From Chloropicon primus (taxonomy: Eukaryota): a stretch of 64,000 nt of DNA. The DNA is taken from positions 248,001 through 312,000 of the forward strand of contig CP060757.1 of NCBI GenBank assembly GCA_023205875.1, given 5' to 3'. The position numbers were made by a program, and so were the translations under genes. Shown in pieces: positions 20,896 through 31,668 of this stretch (positions within the stretch are counted from its first letter, which is position 1; each line of letters opens with the position of its first letter). The notes below the pieces were generated by a model, which was given only the letters and a program-made list of their open reading frames with translations, made no database searches and had not been told where the DNA came from.

Positions 20896-21133
20896 CTTGG
20901 CTTTCCTTCTGATTCCAGCAAAGCCCATGAAAAGTCTGCAGATGCAGAGGGGGAGGGGGAGACAGGAGGAGGAGGAGAGGGAGAGGGAGAGGGAGAGGGA
21001 GAGGGAGAGGGCTGCCTGATTGATCTAATCCTATCTCTATCTGTATCTTTATCTCTTCCCCCTGCCTCTACCCCTTTCTTCTCTTGCTTGGTGATCCAGC
21101 AAAGCCCATGAAAAGTTGCCTGATCTCTCTCTC

Positions 21134-21165
<32 letters not shown>

Positions 21166-21270
21166 GAGAGTAGTCTCTCACTTCACTGGTGCAATGTACA
21201 TCTGTGTGTGTGTTTACAAGGTAGTAGCCCAAGTGGCGTGGTTAGGCGAATACTGTCTTTGCTCAAGTCC

Positions 21271-24200
21271 TCAAGCCGTGGCCTGAGCAAAGACGTTCTG
21301 CAGGACGCTCTCCAGCAGGTCGGCGCTTTGGACTTTCGAGAGGTGGTCGGAGATCTGCGCCAAGTACGGGGACTCCTCCGTTTCCGTGCTCTCGTCGATC
21401 TTGACCATGCACAAGTCCCGCATCTGCTTGACTTTTGGGGTCATGCTGGCCATGTTGGCGTACCTCGGGAGCACGCGGAGGATGCCGTCCAGGAGGGCGA
21501 GGGACGTCTTGTACTCCTGGGTCGTAATCAGCGCCTGAGCTGCGGAGAGGTTCACTTGGATGCCCAGGAAGGACTGCAAGCGCAGCCTCCTCGCGCACAG
21601 CAGCAGGTTGCGCCTGCGAACCTTCACGACCTTGGGGTCGCTCAACTGGTGCAGAGATTCGCACTTTTGCATGATCGCTGCGAGGACTCTGTGGTGGACG
21701 ACCACAAACCACTGGCTCTTCAACGATTCAAAGTCGTGTGACATGATCCCCAAGGCCTGATCAAACATTTCGATGGCGCCCTGCCACTGCCTGGACTGCA
21801 GGTGCTTCATTCCAGCTTGGAAGGTCGAGGCACTTTCCTGTGACACGTCGTCCCGAGAAGGAGGCGCCGAGGCGGCCTCAGCCTTGGGAGGAGCGGGAGG
21901 TTCCATGCCTGCGAGAGGTCCCTCGATCGAGCTACGCAGGCCCTGGAGCATGTTCTTGATGTCATTGGCATTCGAGGGCTTCGAGGGCGCAGCCTCCGCA
22001 GCCGGCTTGATTTTGATGTTGAACTTCTTCCTCGTGACGAAACCTCCCGATTCATCGTCGTCGGAGGACGATTCGGACGACGATGTGAAGGCCTCTTGAG
22101 CTTGCCGCCTGGATCCATCCGAAGCCTCCTCCTCTTCAACTACTTCATCATCCCTCTCGGCATGGGACGATTGCTGCCGTGGAATTGGAGAAGGGCCACC
22201 ATGCTGTGGGGCCAAGTCGACCTTGGCCTGCTTCTCGTGTGTGGGGGTCTCAGCCTCAAACTGCGGCTGTGGAATTGTTGTTGGAGACGGGCCGCCTTGC
22301 TGTGGAACCAAGTTGATCGTGGCCTGCTTCTCATGTGCAGGGGTTCTCAGGTCCATCAATGGAGGAGAATCCAGAGTAAGGTTAGCTATCGCGGATTTCA
22401 GAAGGGTTGCTGACCCTTGCGGCCTACCCGATGAGGCTCCCGCCGGCTTGATGCTTATCATGATCTTTTTCTTCTTCTTGGCGAACGAGGAACCAGAGGA
22501 CGACGAGCTGTCATCGGATTCTTCATCTGAGTCTGACCAATTGCTGCTGCCAAAACCGCTCGCAGCAGCCTGCGTTTCCGGCACTGATTCCTCTGCCGCA
22601 ACGGGCATGTCCGGGGAGGTTTCACGCAAGCTCGTCTCTGCTGGCGTTGGAGTTGCTGCGTGGGAATCCATCAGGGAAGGAGCTGGCGACTGCGTCAAAT
22701 TCTCAGCCACCAGAGAGGTTTTGTGCTGACTCGTGCTTCCTGGGCTCCTCCGCAGTTGCCTGGCCGGGATCACAGGAGCACAGAGCCCCGCAAGATAGGG
22801 ATTTGCTGCATTTGCTGCAAGGTCGCCCTCACCGCCTCCTCCTTCCTCTCCCAAGAGACTTTGCAAGACCCCTTCATCGCCGCTCGCTGCAATGAGGTTC
22901 AGCAGGACACTCAACAATTCTTTCTCTTCGCTGCTTATGCTCTGGGCAGGATCGTTGTCGTACCTCAGGTCGACCTGCCACGGCTGGCTCATGAGGCGGC
23001 CCAAGCAATGCGAGATGTGATCCTCCTCGCCTTCGGCGGGAGCAACTTGAGCGTGGCAAAACAGGTCCAAAGCTTCGACGGAGAAGCTGATCTTCGAGCT
23101 GGTCACCTTCATGCGGGGTTTCAAGTCCCTCGCCATTTGGGCGGCGAGCAGCGGACGACTTTTCCTCGTGGGATCGTCCTCCGCAGGCAAGGCGTAAGCC
23201 ATGACCTTGCTGTCTTGCAGCCCCTGGATCGGGTGCTCAAAGTACAAGACGTTGTCCCCGTCCTGCCCCGAGCACGACAGCCCCTTGAACGTTTCGCTGG
23301 CACCGTGAGATGGACTCCTGTCCAAGGAGAACACAGACCTGACTGAGCTGAAACCGTCCTCCCTGCACAGCTTGAGGACGACCTTGTTCCTTCCCATGCA
23401 CACCAGCGTCTGCGATAAATCCAACCAGTGGATGCTGACCGAGTGCCTCTCGTTCTCTTGAAAACTGATCTGATTCAAGACGCTCAACTCCTCGTCCAGG
23501 AGGATGATCCTCCTGTCTGTCAGCAGAGCCAGCCGAAGCGCACTCAACTCGTCTCCAGCCCCCCTCAAACGGAAGTGCGCAGCGTCGAGGATCCCCTCGA
23601 ACTTAGAGCTCAGGCTCCAAGCGTGAATCACTTCAATGTCCTTGGAAGAAGGCGTTGCTCTCCCGAAGAAAACCTTGCTGTCAGTGGCCCAAGCAGACTC
23701 GAAACTCCCATCGTCAGAGGTGAAGCGGCACAAGAGCAATCTCAAGGGCTGCGCCATCAAACTCAAGTGATGGCAGGAAATGAGAGAAGATGCGGAGGTT
23801 TCCTCGCCGCCCACGACCTTCTCGTGGAGCTCCAAGAGATTACCGTTCAATATGGTGAAGGAGACGCCGTTTCCAGGACCCTCGCCGACTTGCCCTTGGC
23901 GCCTGCCCTCCACAAAACCGCAAGACGTCCCCAAAAAATGCTCCACCGCAAGCGACTTGTCGCGCTTGGTCACAAGGAGAACCAACTTTCCGGTGCATTG
24001 CAAGATCCAGCATGCCTTCCCGTCCTTTCCCCCAGAGTCTTCTCCTTTCATCTTAAAAACTCGCTCAAGGCGCACGGAGTCCATCTTCAAACTGGGAGGA
24101 AGCTTGTGCTCCACTCGAAAAGAAGTCTTCGAGCCGTTTCGATCCAACGCAGTTTCAGTCAATACGACTCTAAGGGACTGGTACTCAGAGCTGTAATTGA

Positions 24201-25539
24201 GGACAGCCACTTTGAAAGCCTCAACCCTTTTGTTCGAAAACTTGTCTTCCTGTTGCGTGGGACCGAGTTCGACACAGCTGGTGCAGTGATCCATTTGGGA
24301 CTCACGCTTCATTCTACTGATGGACTCGTATACATGCAGGTTCATGCACACGAAGTGCTCTCCCGTGGACTTGGTGCAAACAAAGACGGTCTCTGTGTCC
24401 GGGCTTATCCCAACGAACTGAGACGCGCCTGGCCCCCGCTGCCCCACCATGGCTGATCCGGCAGGATTACCACCGCATTCCTCCTTGTTGATCAGCAGAC
24501 TTCCCAATCGCGTTACCTTCTGGCTGCATCCGCTGGCGCCCTCGCCAACTCTAACACGCACCACCGTCCCAGCATCTTCGTTAAACAGGGCCACTTCACT
24601 TCCCTTGAGGTGAAGGAGCTTTGGATTCTTACCGACAAGTCGAGCGTCCACCGACCGCACCGGATCTCTGGCCAAAACGCGAGCCGCGCTCGCGTACGAT
24701 CCTCCCTCCGAGAAGGCCAACTCCAACTGATGCAGGTGGTACTCGGACTCGTTCACCCTGGACAAGGAGCACACGCTGAGATTGCTGCCCAGGTCGATCA
24801 CCTCCATGCAGACCATGTTCTGCGCGTTCAACTGAACCCTCTCGATGAGCTTGAAGGTCGCTGTGTTGTAGACTTCGACGACGCCGGCAGCGCGACCGAC
24901 GGCCAGGAGGGGTGATTGATGGGAACAAGCCAGAGCAACGACTGCGGACTTGGCTTCACTCGATTTGATCCTAAAGGCGTCCTCGATGGTGGGCACGTGC
25001 TGCTTCTCGACTTTGACCTCTTGGGAGTGCTTGAGGGATATCCAATACACGGATTGACTCTTCCCGGCGCTCCAGAACACTCCAGCGTGAGAACTCGAGG
25101 GGGCCAGCCTCAAGGCCGATGCACCTGTAAAGGCTCCATCTTGGGAAATCTCATCGACCGTCTGATTCTTCTTCAGTGCGAAGGCGACCTTTGTCACCGT
25201 TGCCCTCACCAAATCGTATACCTTTATGTAGCCCGACTTGTCAAACCCAACCACCTGCCTCCCCCAGCCGCTCCCTGGCTTCTGGTCCAGGTACCTTACC
25301 GAAAAAACTTCCTCGCCGGTCTGGATCTCACGCAAGCACGTTGCCGTCTCCAAGTCGAACTCCAGCAAAGTCTTGTCGACGCACAGGCACAGGTACCTGC
25401 CCTTTGTGTCATAACAACGAACGCTAGCCCTCGTGGGCAACCCATCTTGACGCGGTAGTCCGGTCAGTGGGAGGTACACGTTGCAAGTCGATGAATACGA
25501 CCAGTCTCTCGCGGAATTGCTCGTGCTTGAGACCGTCAT
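21271..25539 (-). CDS. TWD40-1: WD40/solenoid protein, TPLATE/TSET complex subunit TWD40-1 (TTRAY)-like
   Basis: N-terminal beta-propeller-like region, acidic-KK-IxIKP linker motifs, and C-terminal helical region TFQAGMKHLQSRQWQGAIEMFDQAL..QEYKTSLALLD..DLC resembling plant TWD40-1. Confidence 0.65.
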   Translation of the reverse strand: MTVSSTSNSARDWSYSSTCNVYLPLTGLPRQDGLPTRASVRCYDTKGRYLCLCVDKTLLEFDLETATCLREIQTGEEVFSVRYLDQKPGSGWGRQVVGFDKSGYIKVYDLVRATVTKVAFALKKNQTVDEISQDGAFTGASALRLAPSSSHAGVFWSAGKSQSVYWISLKHSQEVKVEKQHVPTIEDAFRIKSSEAKSAVVALACSHQSPLLAVGRAAGVVEVYNTATFKLIERVQLNAQNMVCMEVIDLGSNLSVCSLSRVNESEYHLHQLELAFSEGGSYASAARVLARDPVRSVDARLVGKNPKLLHLKGSEVALFNEDAGTVVRVRVGEGASGCSQKVTRLGSLLINKEECGGNPAGSAMVGQRGPGASQFVGISPDTETVFVCTKSTGEHFVCMNLHVYESISRMKRESQMDHCTSCVELGPTQQEDKFSNKRVEAFKVAVLNYSSEYQSLRVVLTETALDRNGSKTSFRVEHKLPPSLKMDSVRLERVFKMKGEDSGGKDGKACWILQCTGKLVLLVTKRDKSLAVEHFLGTSCGFVEGRRQGQVGEGPGNGVSFTILNGNLLELHEKVVGGEETSASSLISCHHLSLMAQPLRLLLCRFTSDDGSFESAWATDSKVFFGRATPSSKDIEVIHAWSLSSKFEGILDAAHFRLRGAGDELSALRLALLTDRRIILLDEELSVLNQISFQENERHSVSIHWLDLSQTLVCMGRNKVVLKLCREDGFSSVRSVFSLDRSPSHGASETFKGLSCSGQDGDNVLYFEHPIQGLQDSKVMAYALPAEDDPTRKSRPLLAAQMARDLKPRMKVTSSKISFSVEALDLFCHAQVAPAEGEEDHISHCLGRLMSQPWQVDLRYDNDPAQSISSEEKELLSVLLNLIAASGDEGVLQSLLGEEGGGGEGDLAANAANPYLAGLCAPVIPARQLRRSPGSTSQHKTSLVAENLTQSPAPSLMDSHAATPTPAETSLRETSPDMPVAAEESVPETQAAASGFGSSNWSDSDEESDDSSSSSGSSFAKKKKKIMISIKPAGASSGRPQGSATLLKSAIANLTLDSPPLMDLRTPAHEKQATINLVPQQGGPSPTTIPQPQFEAETPTHEKQAKVDLAPQHGGPSPIPRQQSSHAERDDEVVEEEEASDGSRRQAQEAFTSSSESSSDDDESGGFVTRKKFNIKIKPAAEAAPSKPSNANDIKNMLQGLRSSIEGPLAGMEPPAPPKAEAASAPPSRDDVSQESASTFQAGMKHLQSRQWQGAIEMFDQALGIMSHDFESLKSQWFVVVHHRVLAAIMQKCESLHQLSDPKVVKVRRRNLLLCARRLRLQSFLGIQVNLSAAQALITTQEYKTSLALLDGILRVLPRYANMASMTPKVKQMRDLCMVKIDESTETEESPYLAQISDHLSKVQSADLLESVLQNVFAQATA

Positions 25540-25698
25540 GGCGGCAGGTACCACGGCACAACACCCTTGATGGCCCTCCTCCTTCCCTCCAGTCCCTATA
25601 CGGTACCCCCCGAGGCTGAGAAATGGCACACGACACAAACAGATGATGAATGGATGGATGAAAACTTGATGACATTGAGTCACTTTGTTGCTTTATTG

Positions 25699-28600
25699 TT
25701 AGGTGGGAGGACCGCTCGGAGTCTCTCTTCCCTCGGTCTCTTGGAAACTCAATGGCTTTGCCTTTGCTCTCTCCAAGACGGATTGGAAGACCTCGTTCAA
25801 GCCAACTTGAGAAACTGCCCAGTCGGAGATGCCGTGCGCTTCGCCCTGCTGGACCATCACCGAAAAGATTGAGGACATTCTGAATCCTGCAGACGTGCTT
25901 GACCCCGGCTGGCTAAGAGCGTCCATGGTCTTGTGAACGGGAATCCTGACCATGAGCTGCCCCGGAAAATCTTTGACAATCTCCGTGCCTTGTCTTGAAC
26001 TCACAACGTAAGCGCGGGGACTGAAAGCGGAGTGGCTCAGAAGGCCGAACTTCTGAGTGAGGAAGGAAAGGACCCTGCCCTTGTTATCCTGCGAAAAGTT
26101 CAGCAAAAGGATATACCCGCGGCCGAACTTCTCTTTGAGATGGTCGCTGGTCCCAACGCACTGCAGCCTGCCATTGACCATGATGCCCAATCTGGTGCAG
26201 AGCAGCTCCGCCTCATCCATGGAGTGGGTCGTGAGGACCATCGCTCTCTTGTTCTGGCACTTTTTGAGAATGTTCCAAAGCTGCCGCCTCGAGAATGGAT
26301 CCAACCCTGTCGTCACTTCGTCGAGCAGGATGACCCGAGAGTCTCCCGCCAAAGCTACTGCCACGCTAAGCCTCCTCTTCATTCCGCCGCTCAACTCTTT
26401 GACTAACTTGTGCTGGAAGGAGAGAAGACCGACCTCGTTCAAGATGCCTTCTACTTTCTCCTTGGCAGTCGAGGCCTTCTTCAGCCTAAGGAACAGGAGC
26501 ATGTGCTCCTTCACTGTGAGGTCACCCCAAAGAACGTCGAATTGGGGGCAAATTCCCAAGAGCTTTTGGATGTCCTCAGACTGATGTCTGACATCAAACC
26601 CAGCGACGTGGGCAGTCCCCCGAGTCGGCGCCATGGAGCACGAGAGCATGTTGATCAGAGTCGTTTTTCCTGCCCCGTTCTCTCCGAGAAGCCCAAAGCA
26701 CTCGCTTTTGTTGACAACCAGGCCCATGTTTTGGACTGCCACCTTGTCCCCAAACTCTTTCGTCAGGTTTTGAATGACGAGCTCGTGCTGATCCGGGGGG
26801 CTGACAGAAGCACGTCTTTCCTCTTCGAGCACGTCCTCGTCAACCGCGTCCTGCTTGGCAGTGCAATGGCTGTCAGAAAACTCGGTTTGAGACAAAATCT
26901 CAACCATGGAGTTGATCGGAGTGATCTTTCCACGCCTGCGCTTCCTCCAACGCCGCGGGAGGAAGAACAGCCAATCGCTCGAGGGCTCGTTCGGCTTTGG
27001 CAAAACCTTGTCAAGATAAAAGCCAACGAGGCAATAAAGAATGAAGTCCAGGTACATGAAACCTATGCACGTTTCCAGCTCCCTGTTCCCCCCCGAGCCG
27101 AGTCCAGAGATGCAATGGCCTTTCATGGCGCAGCTCCAATTCATGAGGTACACGCTCCGGATCATTGCAAATTGGGGCGCGAGGTTCAGCGCAGCCGGCA
27201 TCCTTGGCATTTCAGACCTAGTTGGGTTGTCCCCGTACACTCCTTGCGAAAGCATGATGCCAAGTCCGGTTCCAAAAAGGACCACGCTGTATCCCACGAC
27301 GGTCGCGATCCTTGAGGTGTTGATGAAGGATGCAAGGAAGATGGCAAAGGCCACCATGGAAAGGCCCCAGCCAAAGAAAAACACGAACAGCAGGGTTTGG
27401 TCCGTTTCGCTGAAGAACGACAGGTTCACGATGTTGCCCACGATGACCATGAAGAGCACGATGCAGGTGTACATCAGCATGTTGAACAAAAAAGAGCTCG
27501 TGTGGTACAATCCCAAAGACATTCCGTGGTTGAGTTGGCACTGTCGCAGCTTGTTCTCTTTCTCCATCACAGACACGTACATGTAAAGGGGAAGCTGCAG
27601 CACGAGCGCAATCGGATAGAGGAAGGACCCGAAAATTTGCACGATGTTTGTGAGTTTTGACTCTTCGTACTGCGGCATGTTGTACAGGACGGACTCCGCG
27701 CCGACAACAAACTTGACAAAGGATGGAAACCTCTGCAGCAGCTGGTAGTAGTAGTCGTGCGACTTTAGCACGCTTCTCATGAAAGCCCTGTTGACCATTT
27801 CCATCACGTAGGCTCTTCCCTGGTTACCAAGCACAGCAAAACCTGTGTTTTGGAACGACGCCGAAGTTTCTTCCAGCAAACGGGCTCTCGTAATTCCATT
27901 GGGTCGATGGTACGCCAGGAGAAAATTGTCGTTGGCAGAAAGCGAGTACCCTATGAAAGACTTCGCTGGGTCGACTCCCTTGAATGACACTGTGCCGTCC
28001 GGCAGCAGGTAGGAGGGGTGAGGCTCAACAGACAACTCGGACATGTTGAACGCGTTAAGCTCGTTCAGGTCACCGTAGAGGCTGGCCACCATGTCCTCCT
28101 CCGTTGCTTTGCTTTCAAAGAAGGGAGCCGAGATCCTTTCCCCTTCCCCGTAATCAAGGTAGCACTGGTGCTGAGGGATGTGGCTGAGGAGCCCTGACTT
28201 TTCACCTTTTTCGTTCAGCGCGCCAACATTCCCGGCGCCGTCATAGAAGGAAAAATGCTGAAGGCAGTACTTTCCTTTCATCTGCACCGGGAGGCTTTCG
28301 GATCCGTTGGTAAACGCTTGGGCCGAGTCAAAGGGAAGCCCAAAGCCGCTGCTCAGGCTATACGGAATGCTCTTCACGAGAACCCTGCTACTACCCTCGT
28401 CCGCCAAATTGTCCCCTTCAATCTTTATCAAAACTTGCAAGAAAGACAGCATCAACATGATGACAAGAGGGGTACCGACCTGACACAGCAGCTGGAACGT
28501 CTGCCTCCTCTGCAAAACAGCCTGCTTGGCCACAAGACCATAGAGAGAAGCAGCGGAAGTATGGCTGCATAGCCTTTTCCGAGTATTGTCCTCAGCTTTC

Positions 28601-31600
28601 TGAGGTAGCTCTATCTCGAACGCGTGCTCGGGAGGATCAAGGCGATCGTTTGATCGGCCACCACTGTCGAGGTCCGCGTCGTCATCCCCGGGTCCTGACT
28701 CTCCTTCAGAGTCTGACAAGTCTTCGCTCATGTGCTCGGTGCCTTCGAAATCCATTCCAAATCCGCAACCATTGGTCACTTGTAAGAACACCTCCTCCAG
28801 AGTCGTGTGGCTGATGCTCCACTCCAGAATTTGGTCCGAGTATTGTTGCTCGAACAAATTCATAACAGCAGGCAGGTTGTCCACACTATCAAACGGAACC
28901 ATGAAAACCATACTTCCGGCGTTTGACCTCAGGAGCTTTGATTGGGGCACCTTGCTCAGAATTTCTTCCCCCAATTTCACCGCGTGCTTTTTCACCGGAG
29001 CGAAGACCCTCAACCTGTAACCAGATCCATAAGCATTCTTCAAATGCAGGGACGTTCCGACACATTGGAGCCTCCCTGAGCCCATGATCCCGATTCTGTC
29101 CCCCAGGCAGTCTGCCTCTTCCATGGAGTGCGTCGTGAGGACCACGATCCTGTCCTTTTTCATCTTCTGGATCATCGACCACGCCTCTTGCTTGTGAACG
29201 GGATCCATGCCAGTTGTAGGCTCATCCAGAAAGATCGCTTTGGGATCCCCAATCAAGGCTATGGCGAGAGAGAGCCTGCGCTTCATCCCTCCCGAGTACG
29301 TTTGCGTGGGTTTGTCAGCTACGTCCATCAAATCCACGTATTTCAAGCAATAATCTGCCTCGCTTTCGACCTGCCCTGGTTCAATTCCTTTGACGGCCGC
29401 GTAAATGCGCAAGTGCTCCAAGGCCGTGAGCTCGCCCCACAGGCAATCGAATTGCGGCGACACGCCGATAAGGTTCTGTACCTCCTGAAGGTCTTCCTTG
29501 AGGTTGTGGCCACAAATTGACACAAACCCGCTTGACGAGGAAATGATACCAGTGAGAACGTTCATTGTAGTACTCTTTCCAGCTCCGTTATGGCCGAGCA
29601 AGCAGAACACGGAATCCTTCTCCAGCTGCACAGACAGTCTGTCGACGGCTTTCTTGGGCGGACGCCTTGCACACCTGCCAAGACAACTGCCATACGTTTT
29701 GGTGAGCATGTTCACCAAAATCACCGAGTCGTCTTCCGCGAAATGATTTGATTTCTCGTTGACTCGCACGGCCTCGTCGATGACATCCTTGTTCTCAAAG
29801 TCGCCGAGCATGTCAACTACATCAGTGAAGTCCTTGTGATCTTCCAACTTGGCGTGGCCGCCTCTCCTCCTTTTCGGAAACCAGTACTGGGGCTTGAGAA
29901 AGAAGAGAGGGTGGTGCAGGATCCCATTTCCCGTGGGCACCACGTGTTCAAAATAAGTTGCCAAGAGGCCAAAGATAATGGTATCCACCAGCAGCAGCAC
30001 CAGGCAAAAAACTGGTGCTGGCACGTCCACGTCAATCGACCCAAACAGTCTCGTGTTGTTGATGTCTGGCTGCACGAAAAGGTCTCCAAAGCTGAACCCC
30101 TCCCCCGTTGTCACCGTCGCCTCTTGGATGTTTACAATCGATGCGGACTTCTTGCTCACGGTGTAGTACATCATGCTGAGCAGGTACGGGGGGTACAGGT
30201 GCAAGGCATACCTGATGGGGGTCACCCAGGCCGGCAAACTCGTGCTTTGAAGAAGGTAGATCAGCGATCCGTAGCCTGATCCAAGGATCACCTGAAACAC
30301 AAAGCCCACGAGGATGATCGCGTACCCCACCGTCTGCGCTGCCTTGACAGAGGACATCAGGGTCGCCAGCAGTTGCGAAGCGGAGGTCATGGCGGTTCCA
30401 AAGAAAGAGAACATCAGGAAGAGCACGAAAAAGTTTGCGTTCCAGAAGAGGTCAAAGTTGCAAGCCAGGCCGGACACGATCAGGATCAAGCTCGACAGCT
30501 GGGAGAAGACCGATCCCTGCAGGAACCACACAAGCCAGTTGACCACGACTGGCAGCCCCATGACGCTCACCATGAGCCGGGAGCCGTTCTCTTTCTCCCT
30601 CACTATGTCAACCAGAGTCGTGAAGAAGATGATCATGGGAGGCAAGTAGAACCAGTACCCTCCTCCCACCGCCACCGCCGAGAAGCCTTTCAGTCTCGGT
30701 TCAGGCCTCGGGAAGGGGCTCCAGGAGATGTTGAACACTGCCGGGTGGTCGCTGCCGGACAGGGAGGCCTCGCCCTCCTCGCGATTCTTTCTCTTCGAGA
30801 ACGATAAGATCGCCTGGTCCAGGGCCCTCTTGGCTTCCAGCACGTGGTCATTCTCCCGGACCGGGAACCGGGCCAAGCTCTGATTGTAGTACAGCTCGTA
30901 ACCGAACGGGAACTCCGCGGCAGCCTGGTCGCCCATCCCAAGGTAGCCCGCGGGGAACACCACGATGTTCTGGGCCTTTCCCGGGTTCTCAATCATGTAC
31001 CGGGTGATCCTTTCGCCGTCCTCCATTTTCGCGCAGGGGAACACCTTGTGCCCGTCCGCCAGGTACTGGGAGGAGCACGCGGCGTCCGGAAGCTCTACTG
31101 GAAACCCCGCCGCCGCCGTCGACGTGTTCCCAAGACCGCCCACGTCGCACGGGAGGGAGGTGTTGTAGTCGTCCATGCACCACTTTGGCTCGAGCCAGGC
31201 GGGCGCGCCGCCGGCCCGACCGCCACGACTCGCGACGAGGTTCGGCACCGGCCCGACCTCCTCGACGCCCAGGCCGTTCTGCACCCTCACGATTTCCATG
31301 ACCTCGTCCACCCAGGGGACCCCCGCGGGGGCGTACAGCAGTGTGTGGCACCCCCCTCTAGCCCCGCTGCCTTGGCCGCGTCGGCACGATGGCAAGTCCG
31401 CGATGCGGCTCGACGCCGGATCCGGGTCCGCCTTCGACAAGGAGGAGTTCCCGATCGCCTGCATCACCCTGAGAATCAGCATGACGACAACGGGCGCCAC
31501 GAGCTGGCTCGCTGTGCTTCCCAGCCAGTGCCTCCTCACCAGCACGAGGTTCTTCCTCCCCACGGCCTTGAACTGGTTCCACCTCCTTGACGAGGCACCG

Positions 31601-31668
31601 ACCCGCGGGCGGGGCGGGGCGCTCGCGGCGGCCTCTATCTCGACATCCTCGAAGCCACCCTCGTCCAT
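25699..31668 (-). CDS. Full-size ABC transporter subfamily A (1989 aa, intronless)
   Basis: Two TMD-NBD halves: Walker A GHNGAGKST / GENGAGKTT, signatures YSGGMKRRLS / LSGGMKRRLS, LDEPTTGMDP / LDEVTTGLDP, and TTHSM. Confidence 0.95.
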   Translation of the reverse strand: MDEGGFEDVEIEAAASAPPRPRVGASSRRWNQFKAVGRKNLVLVRRHWLGSTASQLVAPVVVMLILRVMQAIGNSSLSKADPDPASSRIADLPSCRRGQGSGARGGCHTLLYAPAGVPWVDEVMEIVRVQNGLGVEEVGPVPNLVASRGGRAGGAPAWLEPKWCMDDYNTSLPCDVGGLGNTSTAAAGFPVELPDAACSSQYLADGHKVFPCAKMEDGERITRYMIENPGKAQNIVVFPAGYLGMGDQAAAEFPFGYELYYNQSLARFPVRENDHVLEAKRALDQAILSFSKRKNREEGEASLSGSDHPAVFNISWSPFPRPEPRLKGFSAVAVGGGYWFYLPPMIIFFTTLVDIVREKENGSRLMVSVMGLPVVVNWLVWFLQGSVFSQLSSLILIVSGLACNFDLFWNANFFVLFLMFSFFGTAMTSASQLLATLMSSVKAAQTVGYAIILVGFVFQVILGSGYGSLIYLLQSTSLPAWVTPIRYALHLYPPYLLSMMYYTVSKKSASIVNIQEATVTTGEGFSFGDLFVQPDINNTRLFGSIDVDVPAPVFCLVLLLVDTIIFGLLATYFEHVVPTGNGILHHPLFFLKPQYWFPKRRRGGHAKLEDHKDFTDVVDMLGDFENKDVIDEAVRVNEKSNHFAEDDSVILVNMLTKTYGSCLGRCARRPPKKAVDRLSVQLEKDSVFCLLGHNGAGKSTTMNVLTGIISSSSGFVSICGHNLKEDLQEVQNLIGVSPQFDCLWGELTALEHLRIYAAVKGIEPGQVESEADYCLKYVDLMDVADKPTQTYSGGMKRRLSLAIALIGDPKAIFLDEPTTGMDPVHKQEAWSMIQKMKKDRIVVLTTHSMEEADCLGDRIGIMGSGRLQCVGTSLHLKNAYGSGYRLRVFAPVKKHAVKLGEEILSKVPQSKLLRSNAGSMVFMVPFDSVDNLPAVMNLFEQQYSDQILEWSISHTTLEEVFLQVTNGCGFGMDFEGTEHMSEDLSDSEGESGPGDDDADLDSGGRSNDRLDPPEHAFEIELPQKAEDNTRKRLCSHTSAASLYGLVAKQAVLQRRQTFQLLCQVGTPLVIMLMLSFLQVLIKIEGDNLADEGSSRVLVKSIPYSLSSGFGLPFDSAQAFTNGSESLPVQMKGKYCLQHFSFYDGAGNVGALNEKGEKSGLLSHIPQHQCYLDYGEGERISAPFFESKATEEDMVASLYGDLNELNAFNMSELSVEPHPSYLLPDGTVSFKGVDPAKSFIGYSLSANDNFLLAYHRPNGITRARLLEETSASFQNTGFAVLGNQGRAYVMEMVNRAFMRSVLKSHDYYYQLLQRFPSFVKFVVGAESVLYNMPQYEESKLTNIVQIFGSFLYPIALVLQLPLYMYVSVMEKENKLRQCQLNHGMSLGLYHTSSFLFNMLMYTCIVLFMVIVGNIVNLSFFSETDQTLLFVFFFGWGLSMVAFAIFLASFINTSRIATVVGYSVVLFGTGLGIMLSQGVYGDNPTRSEMPRMPAALNLAPQFAMIRSVYLMNWSCAMKGHCISGLGSGGNRELETCIGFMYLDFILYCLVGFYLDKVLPKPNEPSSDWLFFLPRRWRKRRRGKITPINSMVEILSQTEFSDSHCTAKQDAVDEDVLEEERRASVSPPDQHELVIQNLTKEFGDKVAVQNMGLVVNKSECFGLLGENGAGKTTLINMLSCSMAPTRGTAHVAGFDVRHQSEDIQKLLGICPQFDVLWGDLTVKEHMLLFLRLKKASTAKEKVEGILNEVGLLSFQHKLVKELSGGMKRRLSVAVALAGDSRVILLDEVTTGLDPFSRRQLWNILKKCQNKRAMVLTTHSMDEAELLCTRLGIMVNGRLQCVGTSDHLKEKFGRGYILLLNFSQDNKGRVLSFLTQKFGLLSHSAFSPRAYVVSSRQGTEIVKDFPGQLMVRIPVHKTMDALSQPGSSTSAGFRMSSIFSVMVQQGEAHGISDWAVSQVGLNEVFQSVLERAKAKPLSFQETEGRETPSGPPT

